Positions 31,548-40,036 of a stretch of DNA of 64,000 nucleotides are shown here, one piece after another. The stretch's first letter is position 1, and the number at the start of each line of letters is the position of its first letter. The DNA lies in sequence record OP557970.1; one strand, given 5' to 3'. The position numbers and the translations under genes were made by a program. Source of the DNA: Escherichia phage ph0021. The notes below the pieces were generated by a model. The model saw nothing but the letters and a program-made list of their open reading frames with translations, had not been told where the DNA came from and searched no databases.

Positions 31548-31577
31548 ATCATATCACCGTTAGAAAGGAAAGTAAAC
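31548..31577 (-). promoter_or_regulatory. T4-type early promoter upstream of modB
   Basis: GTTTAC, 18 bp spacer, TATGAT. Confidence 0.5.
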
Positions 31578-31588
31578 AACTTTTTGAA

Positions 31589-31771
31589 TTATTTTGCCCA
31601 GGGAGCCCAGGGCGGAGGGTCAAGATGGTATGAAGCTAGTTCTTCTAGAAGAGCATCTGGGGCTTCAATTCCATAATTCTGTAATACTATACGGTATTCT
31701 TTCTTATAATCACTAGAATCATTCTGGTTATTCGTAGAATGATTATCTTCTAACATCTCAAATAAATCCAT
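31589..31771 (-). CDS. hypothetical protein
   Basis: 60-aa ORF. Confidence 0.4.
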   Translation of the reverse strand: MDLFEMLEDNHSTNNQNDSSDYKKEYRIVLQNYGIEAPDALLEELASYHLDPPPWAPWAK

Positions 31772-31779
31772 ATTAATTC

Positions 31780-32250
31780 CTAGCGATAAAAACCAAATTG
31801 ACGATTAGCTTCAATAATCTTTCTTTCTTCTTCGGACATTCTCCAGCGTAGTCCAACATCAAAATGGGCCCAGACCATCTTAACAAATGCATTTATGTCT
31901 TTAATATCTTCAATGATGAATGTTTTACTTTTAAAAGGCTGACTCGCTAATTTAACTTTATCATCTTCAAACAGGTCAAAAAGACCATATTCATGAGCTC
32001 TTTTATAGCCTTTAATAGTTAAAGCTTCAGAAGAAGAAAACGGTGAATCAGTATTCTGCAAAATATCTTCAGTATGCTTTATAATTAGAATAATATTTTC
32101 TGGATATTTTCTTTCTTTTATATCTTTAATTAAAAAATCCGGATTTTCTGCTAAAGGAATAATTAATGAGCATTTTTTATCAAGTGTATTTACTGATTTA
32201 CCTTCTTTAGACATAAATTCTATTGAATAATGTTTTGCTACTTCAATCAT
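31780..32250 (-). CDS. hypothetical protein (mrh region)
   Basis: 156-aa ORF in the modB-soc interval. Confidence 0.5.
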   Translation of the reverse strand: MIEVAKHYSIEFMSKEGKSVNTLDKKCSLIIPLAENPDFLIKDIKERKYPENIILIIKHTEDILQNTDSPFSSSEALTIKGYKRAHEYGLFDLFEDDKVKLASQPFKSKTFIIEDIKDINAFVKMVWAHFDVGLRWRMSEEERKIIEANRQFGFYR

Positions 32251-32407
32251 GTGATTTCCTTTTGCCTACTAATGGACCATCGGGAATTTTGTTTTCCTGG
32301 ATATATTTCTCATTTTCTTCCATCATTTTACTGCCAATTTTAAGAAGCAAATTCAGTGCTTCATTTGCTTTTGCTTTAGCCTCTTCCAATGTCATATCTT
32401 TGTTCAT
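32243..32407 (-). CDS. small hypothetical protein (54 aa)
   Basis: ATGA overlap with the upstream stop and 8-nt overlap with the downstream start; below the ORF-track cutoff. Confidence 0.35.
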   Translation of the reverse strand: MNKDMTLEEAKAKANEALNLLLKIGSKMMEENEKYIQENKIPDGPLVGKRKSHD

Positions 32408-32607
32408 GATTTATCACCATAGATGTCTCTCATCAATTTAAGCGCTGAGCGTTCTAATTTCTTTTCTTTCTCAGCACTAATCATTGATTTCATCCATTCT
32501 TCCGATTCGTTCTGCATTTCTTTATTTGCTTGTTCAACCCAACCATCATCAATGTACATTGAGTTTGGTCTACTAAACCATTCAAGTATTTTCTTCAGAA
32601 CTTTCAT
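32404..32607 (-). CDS. hypothetical protein
   Basis: 67-aa ORF. Confidence 0.4.
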   Translation of the reverse strand: MKVLKKILEWFSRPNSMYIDDGWVEQANKEMQNESEEWMKSMISAEKEKKLERSALKLMRDIYGDKS

Positions 32608-33067
32608 TTGTTTTACCTAAAACGACAGTAGGAGCATCGTCAAATTCATGAATTTTTAGCAAATTTGGATGTAAACTATTCCATACAGAAGAAATAAAAT
32701 ATGATAAAGCGTCTTCACTCGCAATTATAAATTTATTTCCTTTATCTATTTTCCAACTATATACTGAATCGTATGAATAAAATGATAAAGGTTTATCATT
32801 ATATTGTTCTGCGCTAACATTAATGTATTCGGATTTAGTAAATGCTTCAATTGCTCTAAACGGAATATTTGGCACAGTTTCAATAATACCAATCTTTTTA
32901 AGTTTTATTTCAGCATCTTCTGGAACTGGCATTGAAACGAAATTTTCTACGAGATACATTGGGTCACAATAACCCTTATCAATCATTACAGCTACAGTAA
33001 TTGGAACATCTTTAGCAAATGACATACTATTACTGCTAATATACATTTCAAACAAAATTGCTTCCAT
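32582..33067 (-). CDS. hypothetical protein
   Basis: Track ORF trimmed to the internal Met (MEAILFEMY). Confidence 0.5.
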   Translation of the reverse strand: MEAILFEMYISSNSMSFAKDVPITVAVMIDKGYCDPMYLVENFVSMPVPEDAEIKLKKIGIIETVPNIPFRAIEAFTKSEYINVSAEQYNDKPLSFYSYDSVYSWKIDKGNKFIIASEDALSYFISSVWNSLHPNLLKIHEFDDAPTVVLGKTNESSEENT

Positions 33068-33075
33068 AATTTTCC

Positions 33076-33417
33076 TCAATCGCAAGATGTAGATGAACAA
33101 CTAGAATCGCAAGAACTTCCACATGAATCGCCTGCCCATACATGAACAGGAACATTAGTATCATATGAATCAGAACTAGACTGTGTATTCTGTGTGTTAG
33201 ATGATGTAGTAGGTGTTGACCAGCGCCAAGGATTTTTATAATATTCTTGGGCTTCTTCATAAGTCATAGTAACTGCTTCTACTGTTCCATCTCCCATATA
33301 AACATACTCAACTGCAGTTAAAGGAAGGTAGTCATTTGAAATAGGAACTACACCTTCCCCAGGAGTCGTAGAGAAAAAATCCGTAAAGAAACTTTTAAAC
33401 CAATTAAAGATAAACAT
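33076..33417 (-). CDS. hypothetical protein with a Ser/Thr-rich linker and cysteine-rich C-terminal tail
   Basis: C-terminus ...[47 protein letters not shown]. Confidence 0.5.
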   Translation of the reverse strand: MFIFNWFKSFFTDFFSTTPGEGVVPISNDYLPLTAVEYVYMGDGTVEAVTMTYEEAQEYYKNPWRWSTPTTSSNTQNTQSSSDSYDTNVPVHVWAGDSCGSSCDSSCSSTSCD

Positions 33418-33623
33418 TACAAAAAGCCTCTCTTGAATTCGACTTGCTTTTCACCATAATCATATCGAATCTCTGCATTAAATTCGACAGAACCATCTGC
33501 GTACATCATAAATGAATGCACAATAACTTCTGTAGACCATGGCTGTAATTCATATTTCTTCATTACATGTCGTGAAATGATAATATCTAAATCTTCATTC
33601 GGTTTAATCCAACGATTTAACAT
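33417..33623 (-). CDS. hypothetical protein
   Basis: 68-aa ORF directly downstream of an early promoter. Confidence 0.5.
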   Translation of the reverse strand: MLNRWIKPNEDLDIIISRHVMKKYELQPWSTEVIVHSFMMYADGSVEFNAEIRYDYGEKQVEFKRGFL

Positions 33624-33649
33624 AGTGCTCTCCTCTATAAGATAATTCT

Positions 33650-33679
33650 ATTATACCATACTCATTTTGATATGTAAAC
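33650..33679 (-). promoter_or_regulatory. T4-type early promoter
   Basis: GTTTAC, 18 bp spacer, TGG-TATAAT. Confidence 0.5.
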
Positions 33680-33689
33680 CATTTAAATG

Positions 33690-33712
33690 AAAAAGGACTC
33701 CCGAAGGAGTCC
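33690..33712 (-). terminator. rho-independent terminator after soc
   Basis: GGACTCC-CGAA-GGAGTCC stem-loop followed by TTTTT on the minus strand. Confidence 0.65.
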
Positions 33713-33718
33713 TTGAAT

Positions 33719-33962
33719 TTATTCACCAGTTACTTTCCACAAATCTTCATTTGCAGCAATCCATTCAGTACGTTGATTTTCTTCATATACTGTAGAATAT
33801 GCTGCTTTTTCTGAAGGGAACGTCTGGTAATGAGCACCAGAAATTTTGTGAACATCAGAATAAAGAGGGAAAGCTACAGAAATTTCTTTACCCTGAATTG
33901 TTACCACCATCAACTGCTTGGTCAAATGTTTTAATATTAACATAACCGCGAGTACTAGCCAT
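33719..33962 (-). CDS. soc: small outer capsid protein Soc, reading frame apparently interrupted
   Basis: ATG at 33962 gives MASTRGYVNIKTFDQAVDGGNNSG then a stop; a second frame from about 33900 gives ...GKEISVAFPLYSDVHKISGAHYQTFPSEKAAYSTVYEENQRTEWIAANEDLWKVTG, which matches the Soc C-terminus. Confidence 0.6.
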
Positions 33963-33978
33963 GTAATTCTCCTTTTAT

Positions 33979-34188
33979 TTAAATTACATGATTATTTATA
34001 ATAAATTCTCGCGGAACGTTAAAATACCCGATTTTAGTTAATATAACAACATCACCGTTAATAATTACCGGAGAATAATCTTCTGGAGCATTAAATTTCC
34101 AATGGGCTCTAATATTATATCCATCAGAACCAAATGCTCGAGTAGCCGGTCTCCCGGCTTTTTGCCACGCGTAGAAATCAAATTTCAT
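33979..34188 (-). CDS. hypothetical protein (soc-56 interval)
   Basis: 69-aa ORF; T4 has segF at this locus. Confidence 0.5.
   Translation of the reverse strand: MKFDFYAWQKAGRPATRAFGSDGYNIRAHWKFNAPEDYSPVIINGDVVILTKIGYFNVPREFIINNHVI
33993..34000 (-). promoter_or_regulatory. T4-type late promoter (TATAAATA) upstream of soc
   Basis: Exact TATAAATA on the minus strand about 30 nt upstream of the soc ATG. Confidence 0.55.
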
Positions 34189-34379
34189 TTTGAATGCTCT
34201 ATAATTAATTTTAAAGCTTCTTCACTGACAAAAATTTCGTCAGGACCTTCTATAACTTCAACCGTACGAAGTTGATTAGTTAAGAGCTCACATACGAGCT
34301 CCTTGTTATAATCTTTAAATAGTTGGTCAATACGTTTCTTATGGGCTTTCTTAAGCTGACGCTTATTTAAACGAGCCAT
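34185..34379 (-). CDS. hypothetical protein (soc-56 interval)
   Basis: 64-aa basic ORF with overlaps at both ends. Confidence 0.5.
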   Translation of the reverse strand: MARLNKRQLKKAHKKRIDQLFKDYNKELVCELLTNQLRTVEVIEGPDEIFVSEEALKLIIEHSK

Positions 34380-34897
34380 TAATAACCTCGGTCTTGACGG
34401 GCGAAATTTTCGGCATTTTTCAGATAATAAAGTTTAAAGATTTCTTCTGCTGTAAGACCAAGACCCTGGAACATATTCAGAACGAAATGAAGAATATCAA
34501 TCATTTCAAATTTAATTTCTAACTGGTCTTGTGGAGACAAATCAGTAATCAGAGTTTCACGACGTTCACCATGCTGCGACTTCCAAGGTTTCCATACAGC
34601 AGATGCGTCTTTTTCACCATTACTCATACCACCAAGAGAAGTCAGAAGTTCACGGAATTCATCATCAATATAATCTTTCTGATTGCGTAGCCAATCAACA
34701 ACTTCACCGGCAGTAGCCAAGTCATCAGGATGACGATTATATTCAGGTTTATCTTTAGCTAAACGAACCTGTAAAGATTTCTGCATGTCAAGCATTACCT
34801 GTAGCGGGTCTTTTTCATCACCGAGAATATCCCAATACTCATTTTGAGCTTTATCAGCGCCTTCGATCAGTTGACTACATTCGTTGAAATGTGGCAT
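34379..34897 (-). CDS. 56: dCTP pyrophosphatase gp56
   Basis: 172 aa; MPHFNECSQLIEGADKAQNEYWDILGDEKDPLQVMLDMQ... matches T4 gp56 (171 aa). Confidence 0.9.
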   Translation of the reverse strand: MPHFNECSQLIEGADKAQNEYWDILGDEKDPLQVMLDMQKSLQVRLAKDKPEYNRHPDDLATAGEVVDWLRNQKDYIDDEFRELLTSLGGMSNGEKDASAVWKPWKSQHGERRETLITDLSPQDQLEIKFEMIDILHFVLNMFQGLGLTAEEIFKLYYLKNAENFARQDRGY

Positions 34898-34898
34898 G

Positions 34899-35549
34899 TT
34901 ATTTTTCCTTTCTTATGAAGTTTTCTATCATATGTCTATAGCAGATATTAGGATAACCTGCCTTGACAGCTATTTTATTAAATTTTGTGCGCTTAGGTCT
35001 ATTATTATAAACCCATAATTCATAAAGCGCATCATAACTATTCCATATTTCTCCTCGCCTAGGATTTGGTAAACCATATCGAGGTGAATTTTTACCGCTA
35101 AATCTTCCTTTTCGGGCTTTACTCATATTAGCCTTGGCTTCATCGGATATAATTTTACCTTTATGAGCTAGACGCATTTTGGCTTTAGTTTCTTCTGGGG
35201 TCTTTTTGCCTTTAATCCATGACGGCTTGCCATATCTAGGATTATTTTCACCCGAGAAAAGAACAGAGTTTTGGATTTTAAGGGTTTCTATTAATCTACT
35301 TGTTAATTTAACACCTTTATTATATCGCATTAAATTTACAGCATAATGCAATCCTCTCACATCTGGATATATTTTAGTTAATAATCTATGAGCTATAAAA
35401 TGCTCACGCGCAGTTAACTCAACAAGATTGTTTTTGTCATCTGCTCCTCCTATACATCTAGGAATTATATGATGACGTTCTTTATATCCGCCAAGATGCC
35501 GGCATTTAGCTTTTGTAATTAAAGCCGAGTAAATTTTTTGGTAATTCAC
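34899..35549 (-). CDS. HNH-family homing endonuclease with NUMOD-like DNA-binding repeats
   Basis: HNH core ERHHIIPRCIGGADDKNNLVELTAREHFIAH; repeated NNPRYGKPS / KNSPRYGLPN motifs with GK..SEE.K.K.S.A.KG spacing; freestanding between 56 and 61. Confidence 0.75.
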   Translation of the reverse strand: MNYQKIYSALITKAKCRHLGGYKERHHIIPRCIGGADDKNNLVELTAREHFIAHRLLTKIYPDVRGLHYAVNLMRYNKGVKLTSRLIETLKIQNSVLFSGENNPRYGKPSWIKGKKTPEETKAKMRLAHKGKIISDEAKANMSKARKGRFSGKNSPRYGLPNPRRGEIWNSYDALYELWVYNNRPKRTKFNKIAVKAGYPNICYRHMIENFIRKEK

Positions 35550-35589
35550 ATATATCCTTTCAATTCATGGGTTAGTAGATTAATTATAC

Positions 35590-35597
35590 AATAAATA
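35590..35597 (+). promoter_or_regulatory. late-promoter-like element (AATAAATA) upstream of the plus-strand ORF
   Basis: One mismatch to TATAAATA, about 22 nt upstream of the ATG at 35620. Confidence 0.3.
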
Positions 35598-35619
35598 TAT
35601 AAAGCAATAAGGAGGACAT

Positions 35620-35820
35620 ATGGTACAAAAATTAATGGCACTTGTTGATGCCATAAAAGGTAATAAAAAACGTATAGCTTTTACTATTTCTGCTATGGTA
35701 GGAATTTTACTCTGGAACTTTATTTTATCACCCATTGCAATTGCACATGGTATTAATATTCCAGTAGTTACTCTTGATACATTCGTAGATTTAGCATTTG
35801 CTTTAGTTGGGTTAATTTAA
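35620..35820 (+). CDS. small membrane protein, the only plus-strand gene inside the early region
   Basis: 66 aa; strong RBS AAGGAGGA 7 nt before the ATG; TM segment ISAMVGILLWNFILSPIAIAHG; stop overlaps the gene 61 stop from the opposite strand. Confidence 0.45.
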   Translation: MVQKLMALVDAIKGNKKRIAFTISAMVGILLWNFILSPIAIAHGINIPVVTLDTFVDLAFALVGLI

Positions 35821-36845
35821 ATCTTAGCATATTTAGATAACCGCATTTTAGCCATCAACCCCTGTGCAATATTATTTTTCATATATTCCATAATTTGTTC
35901 AGGGGTTGCACCTTCCTTTCTAATCATATCATTAACATCTTTTGATTTCCAGGGAGATTTATCCCAAAACATAACTCTTTCTCCTGCATCAACTAATTTA
36001 GTCATTCGCTTGATAGTGTCAGGATGACGAGGTTCATTATCTAAAACCCACACTCGTCTATCTTTAAATGGAACAACTTCTAGGTCTAATTGACCACCCG
36101 TAATAGCTATACCATTTTCAATAAAAAGCGAATCTATAGGTCCTTCTAGAACATATACATCACCATCTTTAACTCGTTCGACTCCATATATTTTTGTTGC
36201 CTCAGGATAAGCTTTAATGGTGATATATTTTTGAGGAGCATCTTTCTTTAATGCACGTCCTTGAAAAGACTCAGCTTTTCCATTAGCATTATAAATTGGA
36301 ATAACAAGACGAGGCTCAGGTATTTCCTTTTTATATGTTCCCGGTGCTATGCTATTAACTAATTTAGGCCATTCGGTTGTAAACCAAAGATATTTCCATT
36401 TATCCTTTGGAATACAACGAGCTTTTACATATTTTATAATTGGATGGTCTTCCGCCAGTTTATCTAATCTAACACATGACGGAAGAGATTTAATTATTTT
36501 CTTCTCAGGTTGTTTAGGAAGTTCTTTAGGTTTTTCTACTGGACGACTTTTACCTTTTTCTTTTCTTATTTCAAAGATATACTCACGATATAAATCAGGT
36601 TCAAACTCCTTTAAATATATTCCGATTGGTGCATGATAGTTACAGTTATAACAATGAATATTTCCTTCATTATTATCGCCATAATACCATCCACGGGCTT
36701 TATTTTGGTCGGTTTTTGAATCTCCACAAACAGGGCATCTAAACCGCAATTTAAAAGTTGAACTATTATTTACTTGTGTGAATTTAGGTAAATGAGCTAA
36801 TGCACGGTATGCAAACTCATTATCAATCCAAGGTATTGATGACAT
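35817..36845 (-). CDS. 61: DNA primase gp61
   Basis: 342 aa, same as T4 gp61; zinc ribbon CPVCGDSK...CYNC. Confidence 0.95.
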   Translation of the reverse strand: MSSIPWIDNEFAYRALAHLPKFTQVNNSSTFKLRFRCPVCGDSKTDQNKARGWYYGDNNEGNIHCYNCNYHAPIGIYLKEFEPDLYREYIFEIRKEKGKSRPVEKPKELPKQPEKKIIKSLPSCVRLDKLAEDHPIIKYVKARCIPKDKWKYLWFTTEWPKLVNSIAPGTYKKEIPEPRLVIPIYNANGKAESFQGRALKKDAPQKYITIKAYPEATKIYGVERVKDGDVYVLEGPIDSLFIENGIAITGGQLDLEVVPFKDRRVWVLDNEPRHPDTIKRMTKLVDAGERVMFWDKSPWKSKDVNDMIRKEGATPEQIMEYMKNNIAQGLMAKMRLSKYAKI

Positions 36846-36847
36846 TT

Positions 36848-37012
36848 TTACTCTTCTTTTTCTTTAGATTCCTCTTTTTTCTTTTTAGGAATCTGTTCAG
36901 GACCTTTATTTACTACAGCGCCTGACGTTGTTCCAGTAGAGATATTTTCAGGATTACCACCTGAATCTCCAGCTACCATATCTTCTTTAATAAATTCTTT
37001 ATATGTTTTCAT
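36848..37012 (-). CDS. small hypothetical protein (61.1 position)
   Basis: 54-aa Lys/Glu-rich ORF; below the ORF-track cutoff. Confidence 0.4.
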   Translation of the reverse strand: MKTYKEFIKEDMVAGDSGGNPENISTGTTSGAVVNKGPEQIPKKKKEESKEKEE

Positions 37013-37013
37013 A

Positions 37014-37370
37014 TTAACCTCTATTCATAAAAGCATTAAAAATTTGGTCATCAATAGATGGTGCAGTAATATTTTCTGCATCATTTAGCAAATCATTAAT
37101 TTCATCAGATAGCATAACACATGTACCTTTATTTCCTGTAATTGTTACTGCGCAATTACGAACGTTTTCTTTATTAAATTTTAGGTTAATATTTTCGTAG
37201 TGAAAATCCTTTAATGCTGAATATATTTTTAAAATAAAATTGTCTTTTACTACAATAAACCCAACCTCACTATTAAAACGTGGTTCATGGAAACTGTAAT
37301 AAACCTTTTCATCTATAAAATCGTATGAAATTTTTTCCATTTTTAAATATGAAAATTCAGAACTATACAT
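37014..37370 (-). CDS. hypothetical protein (61.2 position)
   Basis: 118-aa ORF. Confidence 0.5.
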   Translation of the reverse strand: MYSSEFSYLKMEKISYDFIDEKVYYSFHEPRFNSEVGFIVVKDNFILKIYSALKDFHYENINLKFNKENVRNCAVTITGNKGTCVMLSDEINDLLNDAENITAPSIDDQIFNAFMNRG

Positions 37371-37382
37371 ATTAACCTCTAA

Positions 37383-37676
37383 TTACTCACCTACCACTTC
37401 AGCGATAATATTTTTATTATTAAAGTTTTTATCGCAATACAGAACATAATTATACTGCATTACACCACCAGACTTAAGCTGTTTTTGCACTTCGGCTTTC
37501 ATTTCAGGACGATCACGCTCAACGATATTCATAATATCCGCTTCAATTTGAGTTTCAACTTCAGTCTGATCCGCAGTCATAGACCATTCACACAAATCTT
37601 TATCATATCCTGCCATAGCAGGCTGAGCAGCACAAGAAGCCAAAGCAAAAATTGTAGCAAAGATAAATTTTTTCAT
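37383..37676 (-). CDS. sp: Spackle periplasmic protein (superinfection exclusion)
   Basis: 97 aa with signal peptide MKKFIFATIFALASCAAQPAMAG; T4 Sp (61.3) is a 97-aa periplasmic protein at this position. Confidence 0.75.
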   Translation of the reverse strand: MKKFIFATIFALASCAAQPAMAGYDKDLCEWSMTADQTEVETQIEADIMNIVERDRPEMKAEVQKQLKSGGVMQYNYVLYCDKNFNNKNIIAEVVGE

Positions 37677-37736
37677 GATAATCTCCTCAGTAGTTTATGT
37701 TTATATAGTATCTCAATTTCCAATAAAAGTAAACAG

Positions 37737-37994
37737 TTATTTTAAAACTTCTGCGTAATCACATGTTACAAACTGTTTCTCTAGCTTAACGATCTTACGA
37801 AAATACCTTTTACACTGACGAATCTGCCTCTTCGTAGGGCGAACAGCAAACTTAATAAATTCCACTCGACCAAATGGAGGGTTTTCTTCTGCTGGAATAT
37901 CTAACACCAATTCCCACGTATCTGCAATAAGTGCTTTGAATTGCGTATTTTTCCTGACGTTATACGGAGTAGGTTTAAATAAAACAATATGCAT
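37737..37994 (-). CDS. hypothetical protein (61.4 position)
   Basis: Track ORF trimmed to the Met with RBS GAGGA so it no longer overlaps dmd. Confidence 0.5.
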   Translation of the reverse strand: MHIVLFKPTPYNVRKNTQFKALIADTWELVLDIPAEENPPFGRVEFIKFAVRPTKRQIRQCKRYFRKIVKLEKQFVTCDYAEVLK

Positions 37995-37995
37995 A

Positions 37996-38178
37996 TTATC
38001 CTCGGCAATCCACTTCACACACTTTCTTGTCATCAATGAAAGCTTTAACTAATGCTTTATTAACTTCAGCATATTGAGTAGTAGCCCATTGAACGTCATC
38101 TTTCATCATTGTGATTTCTTTAGTAAACATGCTTTCATTCTTAAACCACCCCATAAAAACTACCTTTACCAATTCCAT
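37996..38178 (-). CDS. dmd: Dmd antitoxin (inhibitor of RnlA/LsoA toxins)
   Basis: 60 aa; size and position immediately upstream of 41 match T4 dmd (61.5). Confidence 0.8.
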   Translation of the reverse strand: MELVKVVFMGWFKNESMFTKEITMMKDDVQWATTQYAEVNKALVKAFIDDKKVCEVDCRG

Positions 38179-38206
38179 AACAATCTCCTCATTTAACCAA
38201 CAAGAC

Positions 38207-38237
38207 TACTATACCATAGTCTTGTCAGCTTGTAAAC
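38207..38237 (-). promoter_or_regulatory. T4-type early promoter upstream of dmd
   Basis: GTTTAC, 18 bp spacer, TGG-TATAGT. Confidence 0.5.
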
Positions 38238-39664
38238 TAAAATTTTAATTCATTTGCCAAAGCATCTAACTGAGCTCGTGTGGATTCATTTCTTTGATAA
38301 CGATTCTGCTCAGCCTGAATCTGTTGTGAACCTGCTACTTCGTTCACTTCAGTTGGAGTAGAATCTTGTTCAATTTCTACCCATTTCTGATTTCCCTTTT
38401 GAACACCCATCAAAAACTTATTCCATTTGTTCTTATCACCATATCGTGATTTGATTTGCTTAATGAGTTGTTGTTCAGCAGCTGCTAGCTCCTCGGTTTC
38501 AATGACCGCAAGCATAAAATCGGCTGTTGCTGGAAGACCAGCAGATTCTGCAATATCGCTCATGTTAACATCAGAAGAATCCCAAGCTTGTTTACCAACC
38601 TGTGCTGCAGTCCAAAGAACAGTTTCGGTTTCAACAGCCAGAGCACGCAATTCCTCTGCAATAGCTTTAACAGTTGTGTAACTATTTTCTGAATAAACTC
38701 TAATGCGGCAAGATTTACAAATACCTAGATAGTCGACAATAATGATTGTTGGAACAAAATTCTTCTTGAGCTTTAATTCATTTAAAAGTGATCGAAATGT
38801 ATTAGCGTCTGCTCCACCAGTAGGATATTGCTTAACGATTAAACGACCGAGAGTAGATTTCTCACGCCATTTTTCCATTTTTCCTTTATACTCAGTGTAA
38901 GAAATATGTCCATCATCAATGTCATCAAGAGAAACATCAAGCATATTAGCATCAATACGCTTAGCACAGACTTCTTCTGCCATTTCCATGGAAATATAAA
39001 GAACATTATGTCCGAGCTGTAAATAATCTGCCGCTAATGAACACAATCCTAATGATTTACCAACGTTAACGCCAGCCATTAAAACGTTCAGTGTTCCAGT
39101 TTCAGCTCCGCCTTTCGTAATTTTGTTTAGAATTCTGAGTTTAAATGGAACCTTACGAGCTTTATTCATATAAGATAGCCAACGTGCTTCATAGTCATCC
39201 ATCCAATCATGGCCAACGTAGCTATCAAATGAAATTGATAATGCTTGGCGCATGATGTCAGGAATAGCACCTACATCTGGCATTTTCTTATTTCGTTTTT
39301 CTGGAGGAAGCTCAGCATTGGTTTGAATTTCGATTATTTTAGACGTAGCATTAAACATCGCCCTTTGCTGAACATATTTTTCTGTTTCTTTTATTAACCA
39401 ACTGTGGTCTTCTGGAGAATCAGCTAGTTTTGAAATAAGTGTTTTTACACCAGAATATTCTGTTTCAGTAAATGAACTATTTTCTAATGCAACATTTAAC
39501 GCATTAATAGATGGAACGCTATGGTACTCATTAACATGAGATTTAATTAATTTGAATGTATTTTTAGCTGGACCACTTTCAAAATATTCTGAATCCATAT
39601 ATGGCCAAACTTTTGAAAAATAAGCTTGATCAAATATGAGATGAGAAAGAATAATTTCTACCAC
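38237..39664 (-). CDS. 41: replicative DNA helicase gp41
   Basis: 475 aa, same as T4 gp41; DnaB-like Walker A GVNVGKS. Confidence 0.95.
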   Translation of the reverse strand: MVEIILSHLIFDQAYFSKVWPYMDSEYFESGPAKNTFKLIKSHVNEYHSVPSINALNVALENSSFTETEYSGVKTLISKLADSPEDHSWLIKETEKYVQQRAMFNATSKIIEIQTNAELPPEKRNKKMPDVGAIPDIMRQALSISFDSYVGHDWMDDYEARWLSYMNKARKVPFKLRILNKITKGGAETGTLNVLMAGVNVGKSLGLCSLAADYLQLGHNVLYISMEMAEEVCAKRIDANMLDVSLDDIDDGHISYTEYKGKMEKWREKSTLGRLIVKQYPTGGADANTFRSLLNELKLKKNFVPTIIIVDYLGICKSCRIRVYSENSYTTVKAIAEELRALAVETETVLWTAAQVGKQAWDSSDVNMSDIAESAGLPATADFMLAVIETEELAAAEQQLIKQIKSRYGDKNKWNKFLMGVQKGNQKWVEIEQDSTPTEVNEVAGSQQIQAEQNRYQRNESTRAQLDALANELKF

Positions 39665-39673
39665 ACTTACTCC

Positions 39674-40036
39674 TTAAAAGAATTTAAATTTTTTCTTTGA
39701 CCTTTTATTAAATGCATCTTGTAGTTGCATTGTAATACATTTTTCTACATGAGGAGCTAACTCAGCTTTTCTTTCTTGGTCAAGAACAGCAAAGTCCATT
39801 ACAACCTTTCCATCAACCCAATCCAGTTTAGTTACATACACTATATGTGTAGAGCCATCTTCTAGTTTAATGACAATCTCCTGGATAACATTTTCCATAG
39901 CAGATTTAATTATCTTAAGAGACTTATTAAAAAGACGTTCTTTTCTTTCTTCTTCCCCCTCCGAAGAGGGGGATTCATCGATAATTTCTAGATCTAAATC
40001 TAAATCATCTTTATTCATTAAATTCTTCCATATCAC
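39674..40036 (-). CDS. 40: head vertex assembly chaperone gp40
   Basis: 120-aa ORF at the T4 gene 40 position between uvsX and 41. Confidence 0.6.
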   Translation of the reverse strand: MIWKNLMNKDDLDLDLEIIDESPSSEGEEERKERLFNKSLKIIKSAMENVIQEIVIKLEDGSTHIVYVTKLDWVDGKVVMDFAVLDQERKAELAPHVEKCITMQLQDAFNKRSKKKFKFF

